From Anaerohalosphaeraceae bacterium (GTDB lineage Bacteria; Planctomycetota; Phycisphaerae; Sedimentisphaerales; Anaerohalosphaeraceae): 64,000 bases of DNA. Both the position numbers and the translations under genes were made by a program. The notes below the pieces were generated by a model, which did not search any database, was not told the origin of the DNA, and was given only the letters and a program-made list of their open reading frames with translations. The DNA lies in the NCBI GenBank assembly GCA_963675525.2, contig CAXXSL010000016.1, positions 384,001 to 448,000 of the forward strand, in the 5' to 3' direction. Shown piece after piece: positions 1 through 9,590 of this stretch; the stretch's first letter is position 1, and the number at the start of each line of letters is the position of its first letter.

Positions 1-777
1 TGAAGGCTTTTCGGCCAGAAGCCACTGGGGAACCGTCTCAGGGGTAAACTTCAGGAGGGGACCGGCGCATAGCGCCAAGCGGCGGCCGGCCAGATATTTC
101 ATGCACTGATCGATCTTCTCGAAATCATATTCGTCTTTTTGGGATTCGATCTGGGCCCAGTTGACCGGAATTGTAATAAAGCCGAACATGTCCAGAAGCC
201 ATTTGCGATATTTTTCTTCGGCGATCCGGTCCAGATCGATCTCGCACCCCAGGCTGTGCCGGCCCAGCGCTTTATTGCGAAACCGAACCGCCAAGAACTG
301 CTCGGCATATTTGGCGGCCATTTTCTCAGAAAACTCCACGCCTTTGCTCAGTGACTCATCAGCAAACACTGACGCCTTCTGCGGCTCTGCAATATGCTGC
401 AGCGACTGAATAAACAAGTCCTGAATTTCCTGAACCTCCTGATCAAACAAATTGCTCTGATCGAAGAACGCCCAATCCTCGCGTTTCAGAGTGATCTGCA
501 TCAGGCGGGCCCGCGCCAACTCCACATTCAGGATATAGGGTTCCGGCCGTTCCGGAAGACGAGTCGTATGCAACAGCAATTGGCCGTTTCCTTTGATCGG
601 CCAAAGCAATGACAGGCCTGCTGAATCATGCGATTTTTTCTGACAGTCGATCATGCCGTCCTGAAATTCTATCGAATCGACATGACGTAACGGAATCATA
701 TCCGCCCCGAAAAGATACGCTCCCGAAAGCGAAAAATCCTCCATCGCCTGTCCGTCTTGAAATACCTGAAACTTCAA
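1..777 (-). CDS. GH10-like (endo-1,4-beta-xylanase family) protein, N-terminal part; runs off the window start
   Basis: Not in the ORF track (no stop inside the window). Manual translation from TTG at 777 (GAGGGG RBS) is open to base 1: LKFQVFQDGQ...TTRLPERPEPYILNVELARARL...FITIPVNWAQIESQKDEYDFEKIDQCMKYL...GPLL..VPQWL. The W..IE...YDF..D...GPLL...P.W pattern resembles the start of a GH10 TIM barrel. Confidence 0.6.
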   Translation of the reverse strand, partial: MKFQVFQDGQAMEDFSLSGAYLFGADMIPLRHVDSIEFQDGMIDCQKKSHDSAGLSLLWPIKGNGQLLLHTTRLPERPEPYILNVELARARLMQITLKREDWAFFDQSNLFDQEVQEIQDLFIQSLQHIAEPQKASVFADESLSKGVEFSEKMAAKYAEQFLAVRFRNKALGRHSLGCEIDLDRIAEEKYRKWLLDMFGFITIPVNWAQIESQKDEYDFEKIDQCMKYLAGRRLALCAGPLLKFTPETVPQWLLAEKPS

Positions 778-959
778 TGTTTCCCCTCAAAACTAATGTT
801 GTCCTAATTATCTACAGCGAACAATTATCCATGCTTAACGAATGTCGGATTATAGCAGGTGACGCGGAAAATGCAAAAAAATCTTTGGGATTGTACCGGG
901 TTAACGAAACTGATTCAATAAGCGATAATGGCCTTTGTACTATGGACTTAGCTCTTCAT

Positions 960-1424
960 TCAGGAAAGCACGTGTGAAGTTTTACGCATGTGATCAAGCC
1001 GCATGTGATGGAGTTGATTGTTTTTTTCGATTAATTGGCAGATTAATTGGGCCTGAGCCAGCAGCAATTCGATGATATCCATATTCACCTGAACAGTCTG
1101 GCTCGTATAACCGGGTAGAAAAACAAGGAAATAGCCGCAATGCGTTTTTTCCGTCGTCAGTTGTGTTCCAACAACACATCCACCCTCAACCACGCATACA
1201 CAGGGGTCGTCTCCGTCATCAATCTGGTTGCAGATCGCCAACAGGCGGTCGGATTCTTCGTGCAAAAACGGCGCATGACTTGGATAATTTGCTTGATAAT
1301 GCTGGTTTTCATCAACAAATATCATAACGGTCCCTTCGGGGCCGCTGAGTTCGAACATCTGCCGGACAAACTGCTCACTCAACAGGTCGCTGCCGGAAAA
1401 TAATGATTTATAGATTTCTTCCAT
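960..1424 (-). CDS. Hypothetical protein, possible GAF/PocR-like sensor domain
   Basis: 154 aa ORF with AAAGG RBS, downstream of and co-oriented with the anti-sigma pair; fold call is tentative. Confidence 0.55.
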   Translation of the reverse strand: MEEIYKSLFSGSDLLSEQFVRQMFELSGPEGTVMIFVDENQHYQANYPSHAPFLHEESDRLLAICNQIDDGDDPCVCVVEGGCVVGTQLTTEKTHCGYFLVFLPGYTSQTVQVNMDIIELLLAQAQLICQLIEKNNQLHHMRLDHMRKTSHVLS

Positions 1425-1550
1425 GATTTTAACCTTTCTTAATCAAACGCCACACCCGTTTCGGCTAAAAAGAAAGGTGACTTTTGGTATGAAAGAGAAA
1501 AATTGTAAAAAAACCTCTTGAGGCGGCCTAAATAGAGATTTCGGGATAAA

Positions 1551-2012
1551 TTATCGGACGGTTTTTTGGTTTGTGATACCGGGACCCTGGGACGACTGGC
1601 GGTACTTAATCATGTGAACACAATTGCCGCGATCATTGTATTCGACAACATCCATATACGCTTTGATCAACAGAACACCTCGACCGGAGATCTTATACAA
1701 ATTGCCGTTGCATCGCGGATCCGGCACATCGTCCGGAATGAAGCCCTGCCCCTCATCCGTGATAGCAATATCAATCTTTTCGGGGGTAATCAAACATTCG
1801 ACATAAACCTTTTTTTCAGGGTTGGACTGGTTGCCGTGCTTGACGGCATTGACAAGCGCTTCTTCGATCGCCAGGTGAATTCCGAAAACGGAATCTTCGC
1901 TGAAGCCATGCAAAAATGCCTGCTTCAGGATTTCCTGACACGCTTCCTGCACGGCCGCGACCGTGTTCGGCAATTCCCATGATCGATGCAGAATGTTATC
2001 TTGCTTTGTCAA
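1551..2012 (-). CDS. Anti-sigma factor / Ser kinase, RsbW/SpoIIAB (HATPase_c_2) family
   Basis: LAIEEALVNAVKHGN (N box), ITDEGQGF (G1), SGRGVLLIKAYMD (G2). Confidence 0.9.
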   Translation of the reverse strand: MTKQDNILHRSWELPNTVAAVQEACQEILKQAFLHGFSEDSVFGIHLAIEEALVNAVKHGNQSNPEKKVYVECLITPEKIDIAITDEGQGFIPDDVPDPRCNGNLYKISGRGVLLIKAYMDVVEYNDRGNCVHMIKYRQSSQGPGITNQKTVR

Positions 2013-2102
2013 AAGCGATCAGCCTCCTGGAATCAACAGGTTTTAGTAAAATCGATTTTTAAAACAGGGATTCCTCTGTATCGTTCGATGACAGGGGGAA
2101 CT

Positions 2103-2468
2103 TTACGACTTTTTCAGCCCCACCATGGCCTCATCCACATCGGGATATATTTCAAAAATCTTATCCAGACGGGTGATTTTGAAAATTTCAAGTATTTTCG
2201 GCGCAATGGAACAAAGCCGCAATTTCCCGTTTGATTCGTAGACTTTCTTGCTGACACGAATCAGCAGTCCCAACACTGAACTGGTGAGAAACTTGACATT
2301 GGAAAACTCTATGATTAACTGAATATTCTCATTTTGCTCGATTAGCGGCATAAAAGAGCCTTCGAGTCCCTGCAGTTGTGCTTCGTCCAGTATTTTTTCA
2401 TCTGTCAATGTTGCAATAACAACCGGACCGTGAAACTCGACGCTCATATTCGGGCTTTTAGATTTCAT
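2103..2468 (-). CDS. STAS-domain anti-anti-sigma factor (RsbV/SpoIIAA-like)
   Basis: FSNVKFLTSSVLGLL phospho-Ser motif, IFKITRLDKIFEIY; ATG at 2468 with AGGAG RBS. Confidence 0.9.
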   Translation of the reverse strand: MKSKSPNMSVEFHGPVVIATLTDEKILDEAQLQGLEGSFMPLIEQNENIQLIIEFSNVKFLTSSVLGLLIRVSKKVYESNGKLRLCSIAPKILEIFKITRLDKIFEIYPDVDEAMVGLKKS

Positions 2469-2638
2469 ATCTTGTCTCCTGATACAATAGTAGGAGAGAA
2501 TCCTATGAGAAAGCTTTGGTGCTGTCAAGAAAATTGCATTGAGCTTTTAGGGACTTAAATAGCCTAAAACAAGCCCGAAATCAAAAAACTACTATAATAA
2601 GGCCTTTTCTGTTGTATTTAAGTAACGTTTGATCTTGA

Positions 2639-2664
2639 ATTAAGGGCAACAAATTGCCCTTAAT
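2639..2664. promoter_or_regulatory. Perfect 11-bp inverted repeat in a divergent promoter region (candidate operator)
   Basis: attaagggcaa-caaa-ttgcccttaat between the STAS gene and the Rrf2 regulator. Confidence 0.5.
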
Positions 2665-2878
2665 CTCAAAAAAAGGTGTATTTTATGTAAAATTGCTTTT
2701 CCGATAAATATTCCCTTGCAACTCTTGAACAATTTCCTGATAATTATAGTATAGAGAGTTATTGTGGCACTAATTAGAACATTCGGGGTATGAGCAACTT
2801 GATGATCGCCTTTTAGAAAACTGTTGACCGAATAAAATACTTAATAACATTTTTAAAACCTTTTTTATGGAGGTTAAT

Positions 2879-3277
2879 ATGAAGATTAGCAGATCAACCG
2901 GTTATGCACTTGTAGCTGTTGGATACATCGCTCAGAACTACAAAGACGGTGCGGTTCTTGCGGCCCGTGTTTCAAAAGAGTACAGCATCCCGCTGGAATA
3001 TCTCCTGAAGATACTTCAGCAATTGGTAAGGGCCAATGTCCTTCGCAGTAAACGCGGTCCTCGCGGCGGGTTTTTCCTGGCTCGTCCGTCAGAAAACATC
3101 ACGTTGCTGGAAATCATCGAGGCCGTAGACGGCCCTCTGATGAGCCACCTGCATCTGGCCGAACAAACCAGTAATGCGCCATTCAGCTTGAAAATGGAAA
3201 GTGTTTGCCGGAACGCAACATCCAAGGTGCGGGATATGTTCGCAGCCTCGAAACTGTCTGATGTATTGGCTGAGTAG
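2879..3277 (+). CDS. Rrf2-family transcriptional regulator
   Basis: YLLKILQQLVRANVLRSKRGPRGGFFLARPSENITLLEIIEAVDG; GGAGG RBS. Confidence 0.92.
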   Translation: MKISRSTGYALVAVGYIAQNYKDGAVLAARVSKEYSIPLEYLLKILQQLVRANVLRSKRGPRGGFFLARPSENITLLEIIEAVDGPLMSHLHLAEQTSNAPFSLKMESVCRNATSKVRDMFAASKLSDVLAE

Positions 3278-3302
3278 GTTTTTGTTTTCAGGCATTTGAT
3301 TT

Positions 3303-3569
3303 ATGGATATCAGCGCATTTCAGCAATTGATTGAGCAGCGTTATGGGCTGCGCGACAGAGAACGCGGAACATCTGCGACATTCATGTGGTTTATTGAAGA
3401 AGTCGGCGAATTGGCTACCGCGCTGTCCGGAGATGACCACGCCAATAAGGAAGAAGAATTTGCCGATGTGTTCGCATGGATGTGTACACTGGCCAATATC
3501 AACGGAGTTGATCTGCAAAAGGCGTGCGAAAAATACATCGAAGAAGGGCGCGTCGAGGGGTTTAAATAG
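3303..3569 (+). CDS. MazG-like nucleotide pyrophosphohydrolase
   Basis: WFIEEVGELA...EEEFADVFAW...LAN motif. Confidence 0.88.
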   Translation: MDISAFQQLIEQRYGLRDRERGTSATFMWFIEEVGELATALSGDDHANKEEEFADVFAWMCTLANINGVDLQKACEKYIEEGRVEGFK

Positions 3570-3604
3570 TTTTGAAACTTGCGTTCTTAGTTTTGAGTTT
3601 TAAC

Positions 3605-3630
3605 AGCGGGACTTTGTGCCCGCTTTTTTT
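3605..3630 (+). terminator. Rho-independent terminator
   Basis: agcggg-N8-cccgct followed by a T run after the mazG-like gene. Confidence 0.65.
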
Positions 3631-5689
3631 ATGACAATTCTTCATCCGTCTGCTGTTCCTGTTCATTTTGAGCCGCGGCGCCGATGGCTTTCCAGAAGCA
3701 CCAGCCCAGCCCGAAAACGATTAACACAAACACAACACCCAGAATAATATATGCGGTCTGGCTCAGATGGTCGCCGTGTTCGGCCGGCGCTTTATCGGAA
3801 TCGATTTGCGTGGATAGGTTCATCAGGATGATGACCAGACATAAACTGATGTCAAGGATGGAAATGATGCCTGTCCATCGAATAAAGCCGCTGGGACGAG
3901 AGTGTGATTTGTCATGCCGTTCTATTAACCAGTGAGACATCAGCAGTGCAATAGCCGCCATCGCGATCGAACTGATGACCAGCACGGGTGCTGCTTGATT
4001 TGTAATCGAATCGGGTAATATGCAAAGCACCCCAAAACTAACAACTGCTATACATGCCAACACAAAAGCCCTAATACCCATTATACGGCCCGAACTGGTC
4101 AGTTCGGGATTCTCCTGCCGGAGTGCCTGTTTCTCGGTTTTGTCATGCGGGCTTCGAATCAGGCTCATCGTTACAGCCAGAACACAGGCGACGACCATGA
4201 TGCCCATACCGACGCAGTCATTGATAAGCCATTTGCCCTCGGCATCTCGCATAAACTCGCCGGCTTTGTACTGTTGGATGTTGTCGTACAGGCTCCAGAA
4301 AAACAGTGTGCCGAGGACGACGGGGATCATCACCCGAATCAATAGATTCCACCAGCGTCCAAGCCGCCAGTCGCTCCGTTCATTGGCGTGATTGCGAAGC
4401 ACGTCCAATCGACTGAACCAGCCAAGTGCGACGCATTCGATCAGGCCGATGAAAGCGATCCCCCATGTGCCGTTGACGAAGCCGTCGACCGTGCCCAGAA
4501 AACTGAGGCCATCAATCGTGACATACATCAGGCCGGTGCCGATGCCGACAAGGCTCATGACGGGCAGGACGATATCGCGCCGCCAGCCGGTTTTATCAAC
4601 AATGCCCGCCAACACAGATTCGGTAATCGAAAACGCCGAATCAATCCCCAGCGTCACCAGCATGAAGAAGAAGATCAAGCTCCACCATGCCGCCCCAGGC
4701 AATTGGGCCAGTGCATAAGGAAACGCTACAAACGCCAGCCCCGGTCCTCCATCGATAACCTTATCAACGGGTATGGGTTGACCGGCCTGGCTGGCGACGT
4801 GGGCCATGCCGCCGATGGTGGCGAAAATCGCGATGCCGCCGATGAAGCTGGTGGCGAAATCGGCGATGCCGATGATCGCGGCATTGTTGTTGATATCACT
4901 TTTGCGATGGAGAAAACTGGCATACGTCAACATAACGCCGAAGGCCAGCGACAGCGAGAAAAAGACCTGCCCAAACGCAAACCGCCATGTTGTGGGTTTG
5001 GCCAGTTGCGTCCAGTCGGGGTCGAGATAGAACGTCAGACCTTTCATGCTGCCTTCCAGCGTCAGGCCGCGGACAGCAAGGATCAACAGCATGATCCACG
5101 GCAGCGGCACGGTCAGCCAGACGATCTTGCCGACGAGTTTGACACCGCGAAAAATACAGAAATACATGAGTACCCAAGCGAGGAAGAGCATGAAAAGAAT
5201 TTCTTTACGGAACGGCCCGATCATTGACCCGCCGGTGAGGTAATCTTCGAAGAAATATTTCGACGCATTCTGAACACCCTCGACACCTTCACCCGCCCAC
5301 GGCAGTTCGGTACCGGTAAAGATCGCCGCAATACTGTCGCCCATATAGCTGAAACAGTAGGCCAGAATGGTCGGGTAATAGGTAATGATGACAAAGCCAA
5401 GAATAATCCCCCACCAGCCGATGAATTCGAGACGCTTGTTGGCCCGCCTGAATGCATCCGGAGCGGCACGCTGGGTAAAATGTCCGAGGCTGAATTCCAG
5501 AATCAACAGCGGGATGCCGATGCAGAACATCGCAATAATATACGGAATTAAAAACGCCCCGCCGCCGTAACTGTAGAGTTTATAGGGGAAACCCCATAAG
5601 TTACCCAAACCGACGGCCGAACCGACGGCCGCCAAAACAAACCCGCTGCGGGTACCCCATGTCTCTCGCTGTTCTTCGAGTGGTTCCAT
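3629..5689 (-). CDS. Sodium-dependent transporter, NSS/SNF family, with C-terminal extra TM helices
   Basis: RETWGTRSGFVLAAVGSAVGLGNLWGFPY...GGGAFLIPY, GQVFFSLSLAFG, GPGLAFVAFP; ATG at 5689 preferred over TTG at 5713. Confidence 0.93.
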   Translation of the reverse strand: MEPLEEQRETWGTRSGFVLAAVGSAVGLGNLWGFPYKLYSYGGGAFLIPYIIAMFCIGIPLLILEFSLGHFTQRAAPDAFRRANKRLEFIGWWGIILGFVIITYYPTILAYCFSYMGDSIAAIFTGTELPWAGEGVEGVQNASKYFFEDYLTGGSMIGPFRKEILFMLFLAWVLMYFCIFRGVKLVGKIVWLTVPLPWIMLLILAVRGLTLEGSMKGLTFYLDPDWTQLAKPTTWRFAFGQVFFSLSLAFGVMLTYASFLHRKSDINNNAAIIGIADFATSFIGGIAIFATIGGMAHVASQAGQPIPVDKVIDGGPGLAFVAFPYALAQLPGAAWWSLIFFFMLVTLGIDSAFSITESVLAGIVDKTGWRRDIVLPVMSLVGIGTGLMYVTIDGLSFLGTVDGFVNGTWGIAFIGLIECVALGWFSRLDVLRNHANERSDWRLGRWWNLLIRVMIPVVLGTLFFWSLYDNIQQYKAGEFMRDAEGKWLINDCVGMGIMVVACVLAVTMSLIRSPHDKTEKQALRQENPELTSSGRIMGIRAFVLACIAVVSFGVLCILPDSITNQAAPVLVISSIAMAAIALLMSHWLIERHDKSHSRPSGFIRWTGIISILDISLCLVIILMNLSTQIDSDKAPAEHGDHLSQTAYIILGVVFVLIVFGLGWCFWKAIGAAAQNEQEQQTDEELS

Positions 5690-5719
5690 CTTTTGAAATT
5701 CAAACTTAAACAATGAATA

Positions 5720-6496
5720 TTATTTAAGCCCCAGCAGGGACAGACTGTCGCGTTCGACCACACTGCGGAGTTTTTCCCGCGGCACCTGCGGCAGATGTGT
5801 ATCGGCCAACAATTTATTGAAGCCCAGCAATGTCTCGATGCAGGCACCGGGCTCTGCAAACGGAAACCCGCTGCCAAAGAGCAGCTTGTCCATAACGCCT
5901 GCTTCGTAAGCGGTCATCACCAGATTGTATACCTGCCAGACCCGTTGCGGATTGATGGTCAGGTCGGCATAAACATTGGCGTGCTTGACCAGCAGGCTGT
6001 TGGTTTGCTCAGTGAAGGGCATCCCCATACGCCCGATGATGATCTTGAGGCTGCCGAAAGTTCGGGCGACCTCATCGATCAGCCAGGGACGGGCATAATC
6101 GAGCACCGCTTCCGGCGAATACGGCGGGCAATTGTGGAAATAGACGATCAAACCCAGCTCCTGAGCGGCCTCATACAATTGTAATGCCCGGCTGTGGGCC
6201 GGGTGAAAACCGTCCTCGGCACAATACAGCACCACTCCGCTGAGCCCCTGCTCCAGCGTCATATTCTTGACGGCTTTGACCGTGACCGCATCTTCGGCCG
6301 GGTTGATAACCGCAAAACCGTAAGCCTTGGGATTGCCGCCGACATAACGGGTAAGTTCCTGATTGACCGCAGCACGCTCGCCGCCGATGCCGGACATCAC
6401 GAAACAGGCATCGACTTTTCCGCAAGCCGACGCATGCTCTTTAATCAGAGTTCCCCGCTGCGGACAGTATAAATGCGTATGACAATCGACTATCAT
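5720..6496 (-). CDS. Amidohydrolase family 2 protein
   Basis: IVDCHTH (DxHxH), VYFH, KLLFGSGFPF. Confidence 0.85.
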   Translation of the reverse strand: MIVDCHTHLYCPQRGTLIKEHASACGKVDACFVMSGIGGERAAVNQELTRYVGGNPKAYGFAVINPAEDAVTVKAVKNMTLEQGLSGVVLYCAEDGFHPAHSRALQLYEAAQELGLIVYFHNCPPYSPEAVLDYARPWLIDEVARTFGSLKIIIGRMGMPFTEQTNSLLVKHANVYADLTINPQRVWQVYNLVMTAYEAGVMDKLLFGSGFPFAEPGACIETLLGFNKLLADTHLPQVPREKLRSVVERDSLSLLGLK

Positions 6497-6644
6497 ATTC
6501 GATCCTTCGTCTTGTTTTGTTACGAATTATCTTTAAATTCCGGCCTATTGTACCTATTGGGAGCATCATAATCCAATAGAAAACGCCTTGTCAAGTGTTA
6601 ATCCAGATCAAGTCCAAAGCCGCAATCGGCCCAAAAACCAGTGC

Positions 6645-6673
6645 TTGACAAAGATACAGCCGCAAACTACCAT
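6645..6673 (+). promoter_or_regulatory. Sigma70-type promoter
   Basis: TTGACA-N17-TACCAT upstream of the zinc-ribbon gene. Confidence 0.6.
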
Positions 6674-6711
6674 GGGACAAAAGGTCGATAGTGTGTTTAT
6701 GGAGAAGTGAC

Positions 6712-7134
6712 ATGGATTGCCCGGTATGTAAAGTTGCGATGATCGTGCTGGAACTCGACGAGGTCGAGATCGATTATTGTACGGACTGTCGGGGTATCTG
6801 GCTGGATTCGGGTGAGCTGGAGCTTTTGCTGGAAAGTGCAGCCAAGTCCAATGAAGTCTTACAATCTTTTCAGCAAGCCAAAAGCGATGAGAAACCCCGC
6901 AAGTGCCCGATCTGCCTCAAAAAAATGGAAAAGGTACTGGTCGGCGGCGCAGACAAGCCGGAATTGATCGACCGCTGCCCGAAGAATCATGGATTGTGGT
7001 TCGATGCGGGCGAGTTGGAGCAAATCCTGAAAATGGGCCACTTCGACGACGAAGGGAAAGTGCCGCAGCTATTGAGCGATCTTTTCGGTTCGGACAGCAA
7101 TTCTGAAAAAAACGGCAACACCGAGGAACATTAA
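6712..7134 (+). CDS. Tandem zf-TFIIB-type zinc-ribbon protein
   Basis: CPVC...IDYCTDCRGIWLDSGEL and CPIC...IDRCPKNHGLWFDAGEL; GGAG RBS. Confidence 0.85.
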   Translation: MDCPVCKVAMIVLELDEVEIDYCTDCRGIWLDSGELELLLESAAKSNEVLQSFQQAKSDEKPRKCPICLKKMEKVLVGGADKPELIDRCPKNHGLWFDAGELEQILKMGHFDDEGKVPQLLSDLFGSDSNSEKNGNTEEH

Positions 7135-7179
7135 GCGTCTATATGGGGTGTAATGCTGTTTTTACGATAGGAAAAAACG

Positions 7180-8829
7180 ATGGAGGATTCTCCGGCAAAA
7201 AATCCCGATATGCAACATTCCGGCAAACGCCGGAGTTTTTGGAGCGTCTGCGCAGCGTTTGTGCGGTGGGTGTTTGTTGTTTTGCTGCTGTTGCGGCTGG
7301 CGTGGGGATTTTATTGCCAGACTTCATGGAAGGAGATAACGATTTATGTTCTCCTGCTGGGACTGCTGACAGTTGTATCAAAGTCATGGCGTAAGTATGG
7401 CTGGGGATTGGTTGGATTAGCCATCATTGGTGTAGCGATCTGGATTTTCCTGCCAGCGAGAGATACAGGCAATTGGCATACCTTCATTTATGATGCGGAA
7501 ATCAAGGCAATCAACGAAAAATACGGTGTGGCGGAGGATGAAAATGCGGCTGTTTACTACACGCAGTTAAAGCCAAAGGAATTTTTGGAAGAATACGAAA
7601 CGAAACTTGCCGCATGGGATCCCGAGGACGCAACATTGAACCGACCTTGGACAGCCGATGAATTTCCGGAAGTCGCCGCCTGGTTTGAAGAACAAAAAGA
7701 AACAATCGCCCCGTTTTGGAAAGCGGTTAAGTACGATCGTTGCTGGTTTAGTATCCGATTTGGATCTGATCATTTGCCTGAAAGACTGGAACACTTTCGC
7801 CCAATCCGGCACGCTACGGATACGCTACAACGGATGACCTATCTGGATATAGGTAACAACGATATTCCGGCGGCAATTGAAAAATGTCTGGCATTGCTGC
7901 AGTGTGCAAAGCACATGCAGCAGCAAATTCCTTTGTTGGACCAGCTTTTAAGTAAGGCCATCTTTGGACGAACCACTGAGATTGTCCGCGAGATAGTTAT
8001 TGATTATCCTATCCATGAATCATCACTCAATTCTCTGCATTCAGAGATCGGGCAATACGAGATTGACTGGGAACAATTCCTCAAGCGTTATTTGGAATTT
8101 GACAAAGCCGTTTATAAGTACATGGCTGGATTAGCATTTGAGATCAATGGCCAAGGAGACACACGACTTAATCTGAATATGGCAGAGATATTCAGTAAAG
8201 ACGATTTGCTGTTTCCTGCACTGAATCATGAAGAGACTAAACAACCTTCGATTTTCTGGAAAAACCGAAAGCAGAAATTTCTACGGCTTTGCGAACTGGT
8301 ATCGAAACCCGTAACACCGCAGGATTTATTTAACTATGCAGATACGGCTTATCAACAGTCGCATGAACGGATTAAAAGCGGTGATTTTAATCATTGCTTG
8401 CCTGAGAATTGGCTGGAGAAACTCAAATACAATCGTGATCCGTTACGGATATCAATGCTTGCATTAGAAATACAGATTCCCGCTCTTGAGAAACGCCAAA
8501 GAAAACTGGCACAACTCAAAACTCTTCAAAACGGGATGTTGATTGTGATTGCTTTGAAGCGGTATTTTAATGAGCATGGGCAGTGGCCGCAACGACTGGC
8601 GGCAATCGAGGCGGATTTGCCGGAAGGCGTCTTGTCGAATCTGGAACTGGGGTGGGAGTTTATGTATTATCGCCCCGAAGATTCGGATTCGTTCGTCCTG
8701 TACAGTTATGGCGGAGATGATACACAGTATCACAAAACACGCAATCGGCCGTGGATCGCATCCGAAGTTGGCCCGAATGACATTTTGATTTGGCCGGAGG
8801 AGTTGGACGAATCCGGAAAAACCGAATAA
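7180..8829 (+). CDS. Hypothetical membrane protein with a pseudopilin-like C-terminal motif
   Basis: 549 aa, about 3 N-terminal TM helices; C-terminal ALKRYFNEHGQWPQRL...FVLYSYGGD. Confidence 0.7.
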   Translation: MEDSPAKNPDMQHSGKRRSFWSVCAAFVRWVFVVLLLLRLAWGFYCQTSWKEITIYVLLLGLLTVVSKSWRKYGWGLVGLAIIGVAIWIFLPARDTGNWHTFIYDAEIKAINEKYGVAEDENAAVYYTQLKPKEFLEEYETKLAAWDPEDATLNRPWTADEFPEVAAWFEEQKETIAPFWKAVKYDRCWFSIRFGSDHLPERLEHFRPIRHATDTLQRMTYLDIGNNDIPAAIEKCLALLQCAKHMQQQIPLLDQLLSKAIFGRTTEIVREIVIDYPIHESSLNSLHSEIGQYEIDWEQFLKRYLEFDKAVYKYMAGLAFEINGQGDTRLNLNMAEIFSKDDLLFPALNHEETKQPSIFWKNRKQKFLRLCELVSKPVTPQDLFNYADTAYQQSHERIKSGDFNHCLPENWLEKLKYNRDPLRISMLALEIQIPALEKRQRKLAQLKTLQNGMLIVIALKRYFNEHGQWPQRLAAIEADLPEGVLSNLELGWEFMYYRPEDSDSFVLYSYGGDDTQYHKTRNRPWIASEVGPNDILIWPEELDESGKTE

Positions 8830-8920
8830 TTCGAAGAATAAAACATTGCTTGCAAGCAACCTTCATGAGGCTATAATACTGAATACTTAAACATTAACCG
8901 TTTTATAAGGAGTAAAGACA

Positions 8921-9490
8921 ATGGGCGGATTATTAATTGGACTGTTGGTGATCGTTGGACTTATTGTCCTCGTGGCGATCATGGTCATCGGTATTTACAA
9001 CGCACTGGTCGGGCTTCGCAACCAGGTGGACAATGCGTGGTCGCAGATCGATGTGCAGTTGAAGCGCCGGCACGACCTGATCCCGAACCTGGTCGAGACG
9101 GCCAAGGGCTACATGGAGCATGAACGCGGCACCTTTGAAGCGATCACGGAGGCCCGCAGCCGGGCCATGGGAGCCAACGGCGCGGCCGAAGCGGGCAAAG
9201 CCGAAGGCGCACTGACCGAGGCGCTGAGCAAATTCATGCTGGTGGTGGAAAACTACCCCGACCTGAAAGCCAATCAGAACTTCCTGTCGCTGCAGGAAAC
9301 GCTGACCAGTACGGAAAACAAGATCTCGTTCGCCCGGCAAGGGTATAACGACCAGGTACTGTTCTATAACAACAAGATCCAGATGTTCCCGTCGAACATC
9401 ATCGCGGGCATGTTCCAGTTCACCAAACGCGATTTCTTTGAAATTGAAAATGAAGAAGAGCGAAACGTTCCGAAAGTTAGTTTTAACTAA
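8921..9490 (+). CDS. lemA: LemA family protein
   Basis: [57 protein letters not shown]16-TATAAT at 8850-8877. Confidence 0.95.
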   Translation: MGGLLIGLLVIVGLIVLVAIMVIGIYNALVGLRNQVDNAWSQIDVQLKRRHDLIPNLVETAKGYMEHERGTFEAITEARSRAMGANGAAEAGKAEGALTEALSKFMLVVENYPDLKANQNFLSLQETLTSTENKISFARQGYNDQVLFYNNKIQMFPSNIIAGMFQFTKRDFFEIENEEERNVPKVSFN

Positions 9491-9495
9491 AGAGC

Positions 9496-9557
9496 AACCA
9501 CAGATTTCACGGATTACACTGATTTTTTATCAGCGAAATCTGCGCGATCTGCGGTTT
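9496..9557. repeat. Imperfect inverted repeat built of 9-nt units
   Basis: aaccacagatttcacggattacactgatt...atcagcgaaatctgcgcgatctgcggtt; related half copy at 52079-52098. Confidence 0.6.
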
Positions 9558-9590
9558 CTTTAATCATTCACCATTCATAATTGATTAACT

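Noticed and set aside
4388..5227. Long antisense ORFs (also 23143-23808, 24430-25212, 43860-44621, 49996-51150)
   Set aside because: Shadow frames opposite well-supported genes
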